Shown here piece by piece: positions 11,801 to 24,526 of a stretch of 64,000 bases of DNA (its first letter is position 1; each line of letters starts with the position of its first letter). The notes beneath the pieces were generated by a model. That model worked only from the letters and a program-made list of their open reading frames with translations. It made no database searches and had not been told where the DNA came from. Both the position numbers and the translations under genes were made by a program. Source of the stretch: Lama glama (taxonomy: Eukaryota); the NCBI GenBank assembly GCA_028534125.1, contig CM052818.1:22942001-23006000 (forward strand), in the 5' to 3' direction.

Positions 11801-14800
11801 TGATATCAAAGCACTTGACAAGCCACCAACCAACTAGTTAGTGGCAGAGCCAGGAGAGAGTGTCTGCCCCTTGTGCTTTTCACTACGTCACACCAAGGAA
11901 AGGTGTGATCCCATGGGAAGTGCTCGCTCTCTATCTCTGAGATACACTAACATTTAGAGATGCAGAGAAGAAAGGAGTCAGCAAAGGAGGCAGAATAGGA
12001 GTTTATAATCCAACTGGGGAGACAGTGAGTTCATACAGTAAATAGTTCAAAGTAAAACGAATTTCACAAGTACTAAGGATGATGAAGTTTAAGAGCAGGG
12101 AGTAATCACTAAGGATGGAGGCGTCTAGGACCTCAGCACATCAAATGTGGTGAGGACAGGTGGGGCATAAACAGGTGGAAAGGGGTAGGTAAGAAAACAC
12201 AAAGAGGGCTGAAGTGTAAAGGACAATAAGTTGACCATTCTGGGAGGAGTGGTGAGGGAGAGATTTTTAAATGGGCTTTAAAGGCCAGGCTAACAAGTTT
12301 GGATTCCACTGTTTAGGTATCAAGAAGCTTTTAGGAAAGTTCTAGTCCAGTTAGTTCATAGTTTCCTAAATTTGCTCAATCCATTCCTCCTGCTTGATAT
12401 GAGCTCCTAACTCTTCACTGCTTCTTCAAGATTTCAGCGCTCCTTCAAGCCAGGACCCATCCCACCTCCTCTGGGAAGCGTTCTCTGACCACTAAGGCTC
12501 TCAGTCATTTCTCTGTTCATCTTCAAGCATTAGTGCCTGTTTATTCAAGTAATACTAAACTACAAATATGCCATGCTCGCTGTCTTTCTGTGTAGTATCT
12601 TATTAGGCTATAAGCTGCTCGGGTAGGGGCCATGTCTCATATTTCTTTGTGCCACTCCCTGCACGTAGTGCTCCGCAGCCTGCCGGAGCTCAGAGCAACT
12701 CAGAACTGGAGCTACGACAAGGCAGAACTCAGGGAGATTCATGCTGATGGAGTTCAAAGACACCGTGCACTCTGGGGAAAAGTGAGCTCAGGAGTACCCA
12801 CAGGCCAAGTTCAGCAACACCAAATTACAGAGGGAAAAAGCTATTCTTTTCTAATTAGAAGTTTTCTCTTTTAATTATGTCATAGTGTCAGCTAGAGCTA
12901 ATATGCCTTTGACATTTCCCTTTTGAGCAGAAGGAACATTTCTTATGCTCAGAACCTTCCTAGTCAACAGTATCTGGTTAGAATTTGGTAACAGTACTTT
13001 AGCTACATTGCTGGTTTGCCAAGGTTACCGTCAAATCAAAGTAACCTTTAAAAACTATATAAAAAAATAAAAAAAGATGAGTTGAGCTGGATCCCCAGTC
13101 TCTCTAGGTCTAAGGTTCTGTGATTCCATGTCAAAAACTAAATGAAATTCTATACCTACCCACTCACCAGGCTCATTTTCCCAGTCTGCTTCCTCGTCAA
13201 AGCTGTCACTATCACTACAGACCAAAACCTTGGGGTCTTCTTTGAAGTCACCTCTCTCAGTCTGCCCACTCCCCTTTCCATCCTATATGGTTATTATACA
13301 CAGTATGTTCTATATACTGCCTCAATTCCACGGATTTCTTTCTTTGAAACAATTTCCAACTTTGCTTTTTATTCTCCCTACCATCACTTCAAGTCTACTG
13401 ATTTCTCGAACTCTGGGTGTCTCACTTCCATTTATCAGCCTATATAATGACTACGGCAAAAACTCCTGCCTCTAATACTATATGTTGGTTTGGAAATAGA
13501 ACTGGATCCAACCAAGAACAGATTAAAGTTCTGTGCAAACTTCTTGGGGATTTTGTCTGAGCTGATAGACACCTATCTTCCTGATGGGATGGCAAATATA
13601 GTTGTCATTTCTCTAAGGCCTGTAAGTGGTATAAAGATTAAGTGCCTTTTGAGAAACTAGTTTCAAAAAACAGGAAGGGAAGAAATGATTAACTGGGGTC
13701 TTGGGAAAATCAAGCAATATTTATCTTACCAATAATTCAGAGATTATAAACTTTCATGTTCATAATGGTTCAGGCTCACATATACTGTGAGCTTTATGAA
13801 GAACTTTAAATTCCACCAAGATACACAAATTTAAAAAAGTGACAGAACATTATATTTGAAAATATGAGGTACGCCTACGTGTGATTTATTGATTAAGTAG
13901 TTTATGAGTCATTGGTTCAATAAATCTAAAATTTTGATAACTAATGACTAACAATTACTAGTATATACTAATTTTTATCTATTTATATGCTTTAAGTCTA
14001 CATTTTGGTTTAGAGGATATCAGCCTTATTTAAAGCCTTAATGAAGTGCCAATATTGCCAATACCAAAACCAGACAAAGACATCACAAGAAAACTATGGA
14101 CAAATACCCCTTATCAATATAGATGAAAGAAATATTGAACAAAATACTAACAAACTGAATCCAGTAACATATAAAAAGAATTATATGCCATGGCCAAGTA
14201 GGATTTATGTCAGGAACACAAGGTTAACATTTGAAAATGAATTTATGTAATACTCCATCTTAATAAAGGACAAAAACGATGTTATCTCAATAGACCAGAA
14301 AAGGCATTTGACAAAAATCCAACATTTTTTCATGATTAAATAAAATTCTTCAGAATAAAGAGCATCTATGAAAAACCCACATTAACATGATACTTCATGG
14401 TGAAAGGCTGAATGCCTTCTCTCAGAACTAGAGAACAAGATCAGGATGACCACTCTTGCCACTTCTATTCAATACTGTACTGGAGGTTCTGGTCAGGACA
14501 GTTAGGCAAGAAAAAGAAAAACAATTCAGCTCGGAAAGGAAGAAAACTATTATTTGCAGATCACATGATCTTATGTGTATAAAATCCTGAGGAATCCACT
14601 AAAACAAACTATTAAAACTAAGAAACGAGTTCAGCAGAGGTACAGGATACATATAAGATCAATACACAAAAAGCAGTTGTATTTACATATTATCAGCAAT
14701 GAATACTCTGAAAATGAGTGAGAAAACAATTCCATATAAAATGGCATCAAGAGAATGAAATACTTAGACATCATTTAACAAATGTGCAAATCTGTACCCT

Positions 14801-15530
14801 AAAAACTAAAAACATCTTTGAAAAAAACTGAAGATCTAAATAAATAGAAAAGTCCCTCCAGTCCATAAACTGGAAGACTTAATATTGTCAACATAGTGAC
14901 AGTCCCCAAGTTGATCTATGAAGAAAAAAAAAATCCCTATCGAAATGCCAGCTAGCGTCTTTGAAGAAACTGACAAACTGGTTTTAAAATTTATGTGGAA
15001 ATTCAAGGGATCCTTAATAGCAAAAACCATCTTGGAAAAGAACAAAGTTGGAGTACCCACATTTCCAGATTTCAAAACATTGTGAAGCTATAATAATCAA
15101 GACTGCAGTATTGGCATAAGATGGACACACAGATCAATGTAATATAACTGGGAATCCAGATTGAATGGTCAATTGATTTTTGACAAGGGTGTCAATACCA
15201 CTCACTGGGGAAAGAATAGTCTTGTCAGTAAATGGTGCTGTAACAATTGGATATCCACATGCAAAAGAATGAAGCTGGGTATCTACCTCACGTCATACAC
15301 AAAGGTTAACTCAAGATGAATCACAGATCTAAAAGTAAGAGCTAAAACCATAAAACTCTTTGAAGAAAACATAGTAGTAAATCCTTATGACCAAAGACAA
15401 GAGGAAGAATAGATAAATGGGACTATGTAAAATTTAAAACTTTTGTGCAACAAATGTTACCATCAAGAAAGTGAAAAGACAACCCTTGGAATGAGAAAAT
15501 ATTTGTAAATCACATATCTGATAAGGTACT

Positions 15531-15672
15531 GAGGGGGCAGGTATAGTTCAAATGGTAGAGTGCATGCTTAGCATACACAAGGCCCTGGGTTCAATCCCCG
15601 GTACCTCCTCTAAAAATAAATAAACCTAATTACCTCCAACCCCCTCCTCAAAAAACAAAAAAAAACCCTAAA
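15531..15672 (+). mobile_element. tRNA-derived SINE (Vic-1-like) with 13-bp target-site duplication (TSD)
   Basis: A box tagttcaaatgg, B box ggttcaatccc, tail aataaataaacctaattacctcc; perfect TSD ctgataaggtact at 15518-15530 and 15673-15685. Confidence 0.88.
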
Positions 15673-15866
15673 CTGATAAGGTACTATATCCAGACTATAT
15701 AAAGACCTCTTACAGCTCAACAATAAAAAGACAAACCAATTTAAAGATGGGCACAGCATATGAATAGATATTTCTCTAAAGAGGCTATACAAGTGGCCAA
15801 TAAGCAGGTGAAAAAGATATTCAACATCATTAGCCATCAGAGAAATGCAAATCAAAACCACAATGA

Positions 15867-16021
15867 GGGGAGAGGGTATAGCTCAGTAGTAGAGCTCCTG
15901 CTTAGCATGGACTAGGTCCTGGGTTCAATCCCTGGTACTGCCACTTTAAATGAATGAATGAATGAGTAAATCAATCAATCAAATTATCCATCCCCTGCAA
16001 ACAACAACAACAACAAAAAAC
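15867..16021 (+). mobile_element. tRNA-derived SINE (Vic-1-like) with TSD
   Basis: ggggagagggtatagctcagtagtagag...gggttcaatccc; (atga)n and (caa)n tail; TSD ccacaatga at 15858-15866 and 16022-16030. Confidence 0.88.
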
Positions 16022-17844
16022 CCACAATGAAAAAGCATTTCACACCCACTAGGATGGCTATAATCAAAACACAGGCAATGACAAGTGTTGGCGAGGGTGT
16101 GGAGAAACTGGAACCCTCATACTTTACTGGTAGAATTATAAAATGATGTAGCTGTTGTGGAAAACAATTTGGTAGCTCCTCAAAATGTTCCACAGAGTTA
16201 TCAGCAACTCTATCCCTTGGTATAAAGCCAAGAGAGTTGAAAATATATGTCCACACAAAAACTTGTGTATGACTGCATTATTCACAGGAGTCAAGAAGTG
16301 GAAATAACTCAACTGATAAAGAGGTGTATCCATACAGCAGAGTATTTGGTGACAAAAGGGAATGAAATACTTATACATGCTATACAACATGGATGAACCT
16401 TCAAAACAGTATGTTGAGTAGAAGAAATTAATCACAATGACCACATATTGTATGATTCTGTTTATATGAAATGTCCAGGATATGCAAACCTATAGTAATA
16501 GAAAGTAGATCAGCTGCTCACGCCTGGAAGTGGGGGGAGGTAATGAGGAGAGACTGCTCACTGGCTCAGAGTTTCTTTCTGGGTTAATGAAAATGTTCTG
16601 AAATTAGCTTGTGACGAAGGTTGTTACAACCCTGTGAACTTCCTAAAAACTACTGAACTGTAGAAATGGGTGAATTTTATGGTATATGAATGGTATCTCA
16701 ATAAAACTGTTAAAAAAGAATCCTTACTATATGAGGATTAGCAATGTTAAGGAAGTACTAGGTACACTTAGGGCTATGAATTTTTTCCCCTTAGAAGTTA
16801 TATCAGTAATACATTCTTTTAAAATGATAATTTTATTTATCACTGTGATAATATATTCACACTTGTGCTTACTTCTTGATTATAAGAAATAGAAGATTTC
16901 CAGATCTGGATGTGAGGGCATCTTTAAACATTTCTGCTAGTCACCTTTTCTGGATCATGCACAATTTGGATACGCGTTTCATTATACTAAAAACAAAATT
17001 CCTTGCTCCGAGTGTGACTTTTTTCAAGCTTAAGGTCAGTGATAATCTGAATGGCTACACTGAGGAATTTTCAGTTTTAGGCAGTACAGGTAGGCACTCA
17101 CAGACCCGTGTAAAAAATAATAAAGGAGAACGTTTTCTTAAGAATCAACAGAATCTAATTAGGTATGAAACCAAATTTAGGAGTTATGTATAAAATGAAC
17201 GCTGATAACTACATCTCCCCTAGATTCTAATTAACCCCCAACTCCATACCAGAAAGAACTGACAGCAGTTCTTATTTAGTTACCGCATCACTCATTCCTA
17301 AGGTATTTTCTACTCATCTCCAAGAGGACGCCAGCTTAACTTTAAGCTTAAGTCACTTAAATTAAATGACTTCTCATTTTAAGCCTGTTCATGATGAAGC
17401 TTTAATATAAACAGTTACACTCAATGTTAGAAAGTAATTTCAGTTAGTTGGATCAGATCAGGTTTTCCTTAAAAACTGGGGCTCTGTATGTACATGTATG
17501 CCTATATTGTACATTCATCCGGTGAAGGGGTGAGTCTTAACGATTCACATCCTTCTAGCCCTTACTACTCCATGTGGTGTTTAACTCCTTCTTATATATA
17601 GTGGAGTTTCTGCTTTGCACTCTGATGTAGCCTGAATGCCCACAATAGTGTCTAACAAATAGTAGGTGCTTAATGAATAATAACTGAATGACTGATTGAG
17701 TATATACAACAGAAAGAGCAACAAGTATATAACTGTGCCATTTAGAAGATTAATTCTCCAGATCAGATTGTGAACATTCCTGAATAACGGTTACACATCC
17801 CACCACTTTGATCACTCAGCTCACATTTCCCTTAAAGACCCTAC

Positions 17845-17912
17845 CTGCCTGAGTGCGTTCCTATGGCCACCACTGTGCCACTTGGATGAAAATCTGCACA
17901 GTGTCCTGGTTC
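17845..17912 (-). CDS. EML4: EML4 exon 17 (68 nt)
   Basis: tag|GAACCA...GCAG|gtaggg; EPGHCADFHPSGTVVAIGTHSG(R). Confidence 0.96.
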
Positions 17913-18629
17913 CTAGAAGAAAGACAGACAGCTGTTGGGGAGTACATGAGAAAGTCTCCCTAGATCTATGGGAATAGTGGCAAAACATATTTGAAAATAA
18001 CTTGTTTCTCATAAACATGGAATCCCAATCAACTCTATCGTAGCCAATGGGAAATACCACATGGACATGACAGGAAAAAGAATTTCAGAGCAGGAGGGGA
18101 CATGCTGGCAGGGCAGTGGGGGAAAGGACAACCAGCTTGAGGCTAGGCACCGAACAACGGTAAGGCTACTGACAAACACCTGTACAGTTCTTTAGAGTCT
18201 GCAAAGAACGTGTCTACACCTTTTAGGCTAGAAAAGGTGGCTATCTGGGTGGGGTAGGGAGAATGTACAGTAAGAGACCAACCCAAAAAGAAGACAGTAG
18301 AGTCTGTTAGTGAGCAGTCCTTACTGAACTCAACTGCACCACCACCAGAGGCCTAAACTTTCCCAGAACAATTAATGCTCTATAAAGATGTGAAATATTT
18401 TTGATTTTTACTAGAAAAATTGAGCTCTGTCCTGTTAATTTGCTTTTTTGGAGTGGGTTCATGCTGTACTTTGTGCATAAACACTCTCCCCTTACCTCTT
18501 CCCCTTTGCTGAGTTATGTAAATACTTCTGGTTTTAATCAATGCTGAGTCCTTTTTGCTTTGCTGCTATCAGCTGCCAGTTTAGGGAGTTTCTGTGGGGA
18601 GATTATTATCATATTTTTGCTTTACTCAC

Positions 18630-18761
18630 ATCTACGAGCCTGGTCCATTCCAGCCTGTGTTCCACTGAGTTCCACATGCACACCTGTCTGTCCTGAGCAC
18701 ATGTCAAGAGCAAATCTTTGAAGGGATGTGTGGCAAGACCCCAAAGCTCATCTGTATGACC
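18630..18761 (-). CDS. EML4: EML4 exon 16 (132 nt)
   Basis: cag|GGTCAT...AGAT|gtgagt; GHTDELWGLATHPFKDLLLTCAQDRQVCMWNSVEHRLEWTRLVD. Confidence 0.97.
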
Positions 18762-18846
18762 CTGAAAATGAAATACATCCAGTGTAATAAGAAACAAAGG
18801 GTATCATCAGAAATATTCAGGCAATGGTTAAAATCATACAGCTTAC

Positions 18847-18972
18847 CTGTACTTCTATTTGGAAGCCGTCATTAAACGTTCCCCGTAAAATAAAGTTCCG
18901 TGATGTGCCTACCAAAAATTGATCTGCCTTTCCTTCTGCTACAGCTCTGATTGTTCCATACTGATCAGGAAC
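18847..18972 (-). CDS. EML4: EML4 exon 15 (126 nt)
   Basis: (t)17ag|GTTCCT...ACAG|gtaagc; VPDQYGTIRAVAEGKADQFLVGTSRNFILRGTFNDGFQIEVQ. Confidence 0.97.
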
Positions 18973-20064
18973 CTAAAAAAAAAAAAAAAAATTTGTAAAG
19001 TCACCATACACATACTCACCTGCATTAATTATCACTTGAAGACTGCTGTTATAGCTGGAATCAATTACGGGGTAATAAATGACAGAACTCCAAATTTGAA
19101 AATAAGGTAAAATCTTATGCTAATAAATGATGTGTTCAATTACATTTTATTACACAGAAGTTATAATGCATTACCAACATTCTTTGCTTCAATTTTTAAT
19201 TCATCTTTTATATAATTTCAAGAGTTAAGGATTAGGAGTAGGAGATAAAAGAGTAAGTTCTAGTAGATCACATGAAAACTGTGGTCTCGTTTTATTACTT
19301 ACTGGTTATATTATTTTGGGTTAAGTCATTTGGCCTGAGACAAATTTCTTTCTCTATAATACAGGGATGTATTTTCTTGGAAATGAAGCCTAAAAGCAGT
19401 ACTATCAGAATGCTGTTTTTTCAGAGGAGATTCTGTCTGCAGAGCACATTATGTGTAGACAAGACTGAGCATAAATTCAACATTTAAGTCATGAAAATAT
19501 GGAAGCAATATTAAACTGTGAGTTTGCCTTTGCTCTGACAATCATTGATCTAAAACACTTCTTAGCTAAATCATCTCCTGAGATCTCAATTCAATTAGCA
19601 AACTTTTACTGAGCACATAACACCTGTCAGGTTTTATGGATATGCTTGGTTCATGGCATGAAGCAGACATACACAATTGGCATTATCATTAAGCCCAATG
19701 TTTAGAAGGTATTTTTTCAAGTTTTAAATAAAATTAAACTAGTCATCTTGTATACCCTGAAGCAGGAAACACTATTCGATGAATGTTAAATTTTAAGTTT
19801 GTATGGTTATATTTTTGGATCACTAAAAAATAACCTGAAAAATAAGTAACAAGCCACTTAATTATTCTGCACATTTTTCTTATTCCTTCAAGTTATTTTG
19901 TTTAGTGAATGATCCTTTTTCTCTTGTTTATTTCAAGGGAATAAAATGACAAGAATGTACATCAAATTTCCCAGAAAAGTGTAAGTTATCTTAATGTGGG
20001 ATAAAATACATGAGTTTAGAGGGTTTAACATCGAAAAAATTTTATGTTCCATTTTCATCCTTAC

Positions 20065-20216
20065 CTCTATTTCTCTTTCAGGATTCAGATCGTGATCCCA
20101 CAGAATTATTTTTCTGTCTTTTCCACCTCCAGTTAATAACATCCCATTTCTCATCTGACAAAGTGTAAACACACTGCCATCATGAGCTTTGATTTGTTTA
20201 CTGATCTGATAAACAC
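20065..20216 (-). CDS. EML4: EML4 exon 14 (152 nt)
   Basis: tag|GTGTTT...AGAG|gtaagg; (G)VYQISKQIKAHDGSVFTLCQMRNGMLLTGGGKDRKIILWDHDLNPEREIE. Confidence 0.97.
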
Positions 20217-20912
20217 CTAATATGATGAGGGAAAAATAAAAACACTAGTGATAATATTTTCCATCAGATTTTAGTGTCTTTCTAGAAGAAAACTTTAGCA
20301 GAACTACAGAGTGAATAAGCAAAAGTTTCTATAACTCAACAATCAAAAAACTGTTTTCAGCAATCTTCTGCAAGGCAGGTAGTCAAGCTTAATACAACCT
20401 TTTGCATTCCTGTCAATATTTAGCTACTTAGAAAATATTTCAAAATAATTTTTACAAAAAGGTAAGCTAATATAATGATAATTTCACAGACAACAGAGGC
20501 TACACTAGCCTCAGAACTTAACTATCTCTTATAATCATCTCATACAGTGGTTAGGGAGGGGATTACTCTTCTAATTTTAGAAATAAGGAAACATAGATGT
20601 AGATTTGGCTTAACCAACACCACATAGTTAGCTAGTGACAAAGCTGTCACTAGGACTCATGTCTCTTTACTCAAAAAAGCCTTCATTTCCTGCTGGGAAG
20701 AACCATTAATATTTAACATTTAACCACTGTTGACCTGGAGGCCTTCTGCTTTGCCAAGGATAACCCCTTTTATTTGCTGAGATATAGGGCACCGGGGAAG
20801 GTACAGGCAGGGGAGGCACTGGCGGCTTGGAGAAGTGACTTTTGACCAACCAAAGTATTTTAAAAACTGATTCAGCGACACCAATGTAAAGCTGAATGAC
20901 ATCCCAGCTTTC

Positions 20913-21108
20913 TTGTATATTTGAAAGTTGCTAAGATAGTACATCTTAAAAGTTCTTACCACAAGAAAAACTCTAACTATGCGAAGTGATGACGTTAACT
21001 AAACTCACTGTGGCAATCACTCTGCAATACAGACAAAACAGTATGTTGTATACCTTAAGCTTATACAATGTTATATGTCAATTATATCTCAAAAAGACTG
21101 GAAAAAAT
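20913..21108 (+). mobile_element. L1 3' end fragment (L1MA-like)
   Basis: gtatatttgaaagttgctaag...gttcttaccacaag...tacaatgttatatgtcaattatatctcaa. Confidence 0.75.
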
Positions 21109-21114
21109 TCTTCA

Positions 21115-21556
21115 TATTCTAAAACTGCTCATTAACTGATAAATGGATAAATAAAATGTGGTATGTTCAGATCATGGAATATTATTCAGCCACAAAAAGG
21201 AATCAGGTACTAATACATGCTGTAACATGGATGAATTTTGGAAAAATTAAGGTTTAAGTGAAATAAGCCAATTACAAAAGATCACATATTGTATGATTCC
21301 ATTTTTATAAACTGTCCAACACAGGCAAATTCATAGAGACCAAAAGTAGACAAGTGGGTGCTAGGCACTGAGGGAAGGGAGGAATGGGAAGTGACTGCTA
21401 ATGGATAGTGTTTCTTTTTTGGGGTGATAAAAATGTTCTCAAGTTAGAAAGTGGTGATGGCTGCACAATGCTGACTAAATTAAAAATCACTGAACTGTAC
21501 ATTTTTAGAAGAGTGAATTTTATGGTATGTGAAGTATATCTCAATAAAGCTGTTAC
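21115..21556 (+). mobile_element. L1 3'UTR fragment (L1MB/MC-like)
   Basis: aatggataaataaaatgtggtat...ggaatattattcagccacaaaaaggaa...tatatctcaataaagctgtt. Confidence 0.8.
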
Positions 21557-23004
21557 TGAAATTGTTCATTTTTACTCATCTATTTGAGCTGCCATTAAAT
21601 TGTTAAAATTAAAAAAAAATTTGTAGGGCTTTGGTATCCTAAAAAATTTATACTACAGCTGACTCTCAAAATTACTCAGTGTGAGGCTGCTAGGGGTACA
21701 AATACTTAATAGATGGGTATATTTGGCAGTGAGAAAGGAAAGGGTTTGCCTAATTTGGAGTAGAGCTTGCCTTATTCAGCAGAGCTGGGAGCAGAACTCT
21801 AACAAACTTGCTATTCAGGTCAACTGCCTCGGCTCACATCAACATTCATCACCTAAAAATACTTTAAACATTGAACAACATGACTGTGACCAGTAGGACA
21901 GCCAGCCAATTATCTATCATGGATCTGATGTGACCAAGAGAGAAAGAACATCTGAGAGATGCGAATTTTCTGGGAGTATTGCTAGCTTTATTTGGGCATT
22001 TAAAAGTGGAAAAAAGGGAGAGCAAAGGGCTTATTTTCTCATGCACGGTCAAATTAATAGGAGTAGTCTGAAAGTACCATGGTACCATGTAAAAAATTAC
22101 AAAAAAAGCAGAGGTGTGGCATTTCACAGCTCTCCATCAAAATGTAAGAAAATGAAATACAGTCTTTTATTTTTAATTCAGCCTTCCATACTTCTAAACA
22201 TGCCAAAAATCTTGTTAAACACTTAAGATCTTCCTAGAAAGATGGAATCTTAGGAAACAGAAAATAAAACAGAAGGACAAATGCTTCATCAGGAATAAAA
22301 ATACTCAATATAAGTAGTCAACACTGAGATTCCCACTTTCCACTTCATATTCCAGGATAGTTATTTCCTGAGGAGGACCTATATTAAAGCTAAAAAAAAA
22401 GTCTGTGCTTTAAATTTAAATTACCAAAGGTTCCTTTAGATAGTATTTACCTATAAAACAAATTTACAGTCCAAGATTCCTTCTCATGAGCCTGTATTTC
22501 TGACATTCTAGTTTAAGCCAAATGTTTGAAATACCTGCCAAGAAAAATAATTATCCTTGAATTTAAAAACCTATTATACCTCCAGGCATAATCATGGCCA
22601 AATGTATCCAAGCTTAATTGCAAATTCCCCCTTTCTTCTCAACTCTAACAGAAACAAAGTTTCCATAAAAAGCAAGTTTACCTTGACTGCCAAAAAAAGA
22701 TCATTTGGAGGGCTTCCTTTGCCTGTTTAACTACAGAATCAAATATCAGGGAGACTTTGAAATTTATGTTACATTCTCAGCAAAGGGCAAACGGGCCCAT
22801 GTTGACTATTTGGAGAGCAGGCAAAATGCTGGTGTTTCTTAGTTCCTTAAAGGAACTTGGCAAAGATTTAAGAATAATGAACATTTTATGGTAGTGTAGA
22901 TACTCTCAACTTCCCCCTCTCCCACTTAAAAATTACGAATTATTCACATAAGAAAAATTTTGAACTATTTCATGTATGTCGGAAATAACAAATACCTTGT
23001 ATCC

Positions 23005-23572
23005 ATGTAAGAAAAATACTGAAACAACCTAAGTGTTGATCGAAAGATGAACGGATAAAGAAAATGTGGCATGTTCATACACACACACACAGACACACAC
23101 ACACACATACAGAGGAATGTAAAAGGAAATCCAGCCATAGCCACATGGATGGACCTTGAGGACACTATGCTAAATGCAGTAAGTCAGAGAAAGATAAATT
23201 TTATATGATCTCACTCACATGTGGAATCTAAGAGAAATGAACTCACAGAAGCAGAACAGACCAGTGGTTGCCAGAGGTGGGGCAGGAGAAGGTGGTCAAA
23301 AGGTACAAACTTCCAGTTATAAGTTATAGAGATTCAACGCATAGATAGCATCATGACTATAGTTAACAATACTGTACTGCGTGTATTTGAAAGTTGCCAA
23401 GGCAGCAGATCTCAAAAGTTCTTATCACAAGAAAAAAATATAACTGTGAGGTGATGTTAACTAAACTTATTTCAGTAATCATTTTACAATATATACAGTT
23501 ATCAAGTCATTATGTTATATACTTTAAACTACAATATTATACATTATAAATGTTGTAAAACTGGAAAAAAGA
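23005..23572 (+). mobile_element. L1 3'UTR fragment (L1MA-like) containing a CA microsatellite
   Basis: acaacctaagtgt...gataaagaaaatgtgg...gatctcactcacatgtggaatct...aggtacaaacttccagttataag; (CA)n at about 23078-23110. Confidence 0.8.
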
Positions 23573-24369
23573 AGTAGAAAATAATAACTTTGAAGATTTC
23601 TATTAATTTACATTTAAGGTAAGGAAAATGGTTTGGAAGCAAGGAGAAAATATGCAGAGCTTATGAGGCATAAAACAGTTTTGGTTTGTCTGTTATTTAC
23701 TAGAATAAAAGGATTAGCTATGAAATTATACTTCTGCCATCCAAAAATGTCCCTTTATCAATTCGTGATATCACAGTATACTCAAATTTTGGTTCATAAG
23801 ACTGCCATCAGTACAGAAATATCATTTTAGGGAATACGCAAACTAGATCAATTTACTAAAATTTCTGGCAAGAATTTAAAAATAGAAACTAAGAGCTTGT
23901 GTTCTGATCTGGGCCCAAACCCTTTCCAGCTATACTTACATAACTGGAAACACCAAATATAAAGGGAAAGCCTACATTCTCAGCAAGTTTGCCCGTAATA
24001 GGGTCAGTCATGTAGCAGATTTCAAGTGCTCGGTCGTTTACAAGATTAGAATTTCTTTTTGTGCATATTCAGATTTTCTTTGCACAAAGGTTAAGCCACA
24101 AGTTTTTCAGACAAAAAACCAAAATAAAAACAACCTCCGAACCTCTCTGCCTGCCTCACCCCACAGACTAAAGCTAGTGAAGGGTACACATATACCCAAA
24201 CTCTGCTCAGTGGTAGGACAACATGTCAACAATTTAAGTCACTGTTTTGATATACAATGCTATTCCTGGCATTTCTTACACTGAATAAATGTTAAGGTAA
24301 AAGACAAGAGAGGTAAGCAGGGAAGACAGCTGATAATACCATTCTTCTTTCTTTTCCCTTAAGGATCTT

Positions 24370-24526
24370 CAACTCAGAGCTTCTGGGTCAGTGAACACTC
24401 AGAGATTTGGGGAGAGTGGTGTGCCTGGAGAGGGCATGGCACCTCTGCACCCCTTTCCATGCCTTGCCCTGCGCATCTTTCCCATCTGGCTGTTCCCGCG
24501 TTATCTTCTTTTATCATAAACTGGTG
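24370..24526 (+). mobile_element. LTR fragment, MER21-like
   Basis: gtgaacac...cctggagagggcatgg...ccttgccctgcgcatctttcccatctggctgttcc...ataaactggt resembles the MER21 LTR. Confidence 0.6.

Larger units (their letters stand above)
14041..16718 (+). mobile_element. 5'-truncated, degenerate L1 (L1MB/L1MC-like) ORF2 3' part and 3'UTR, antisense to EML4, interrupted by two SINEs
   Basis: ataccaaaaccagacaaagac, gcatttgacaaaaatccaac, ccacttctattcaatactgtactggagg, aaatgcaaatcaaaaccacaatga; ends tatctcaataaaactgttaaaaaa; many frameshifts and stops. Confidence 0.9.

Noticed and set aside
14041..16444. Intact L1 ORF2 or novel proteins from ORFs 14041-14250, 14836-15075, 15610-15861, 15984-16256, 16136-16444
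   Set aside because: Frameshifted, stop-ridden L1 fossil interrupted by SINEs; the minus-strand ORFs are antisense L1 readouts
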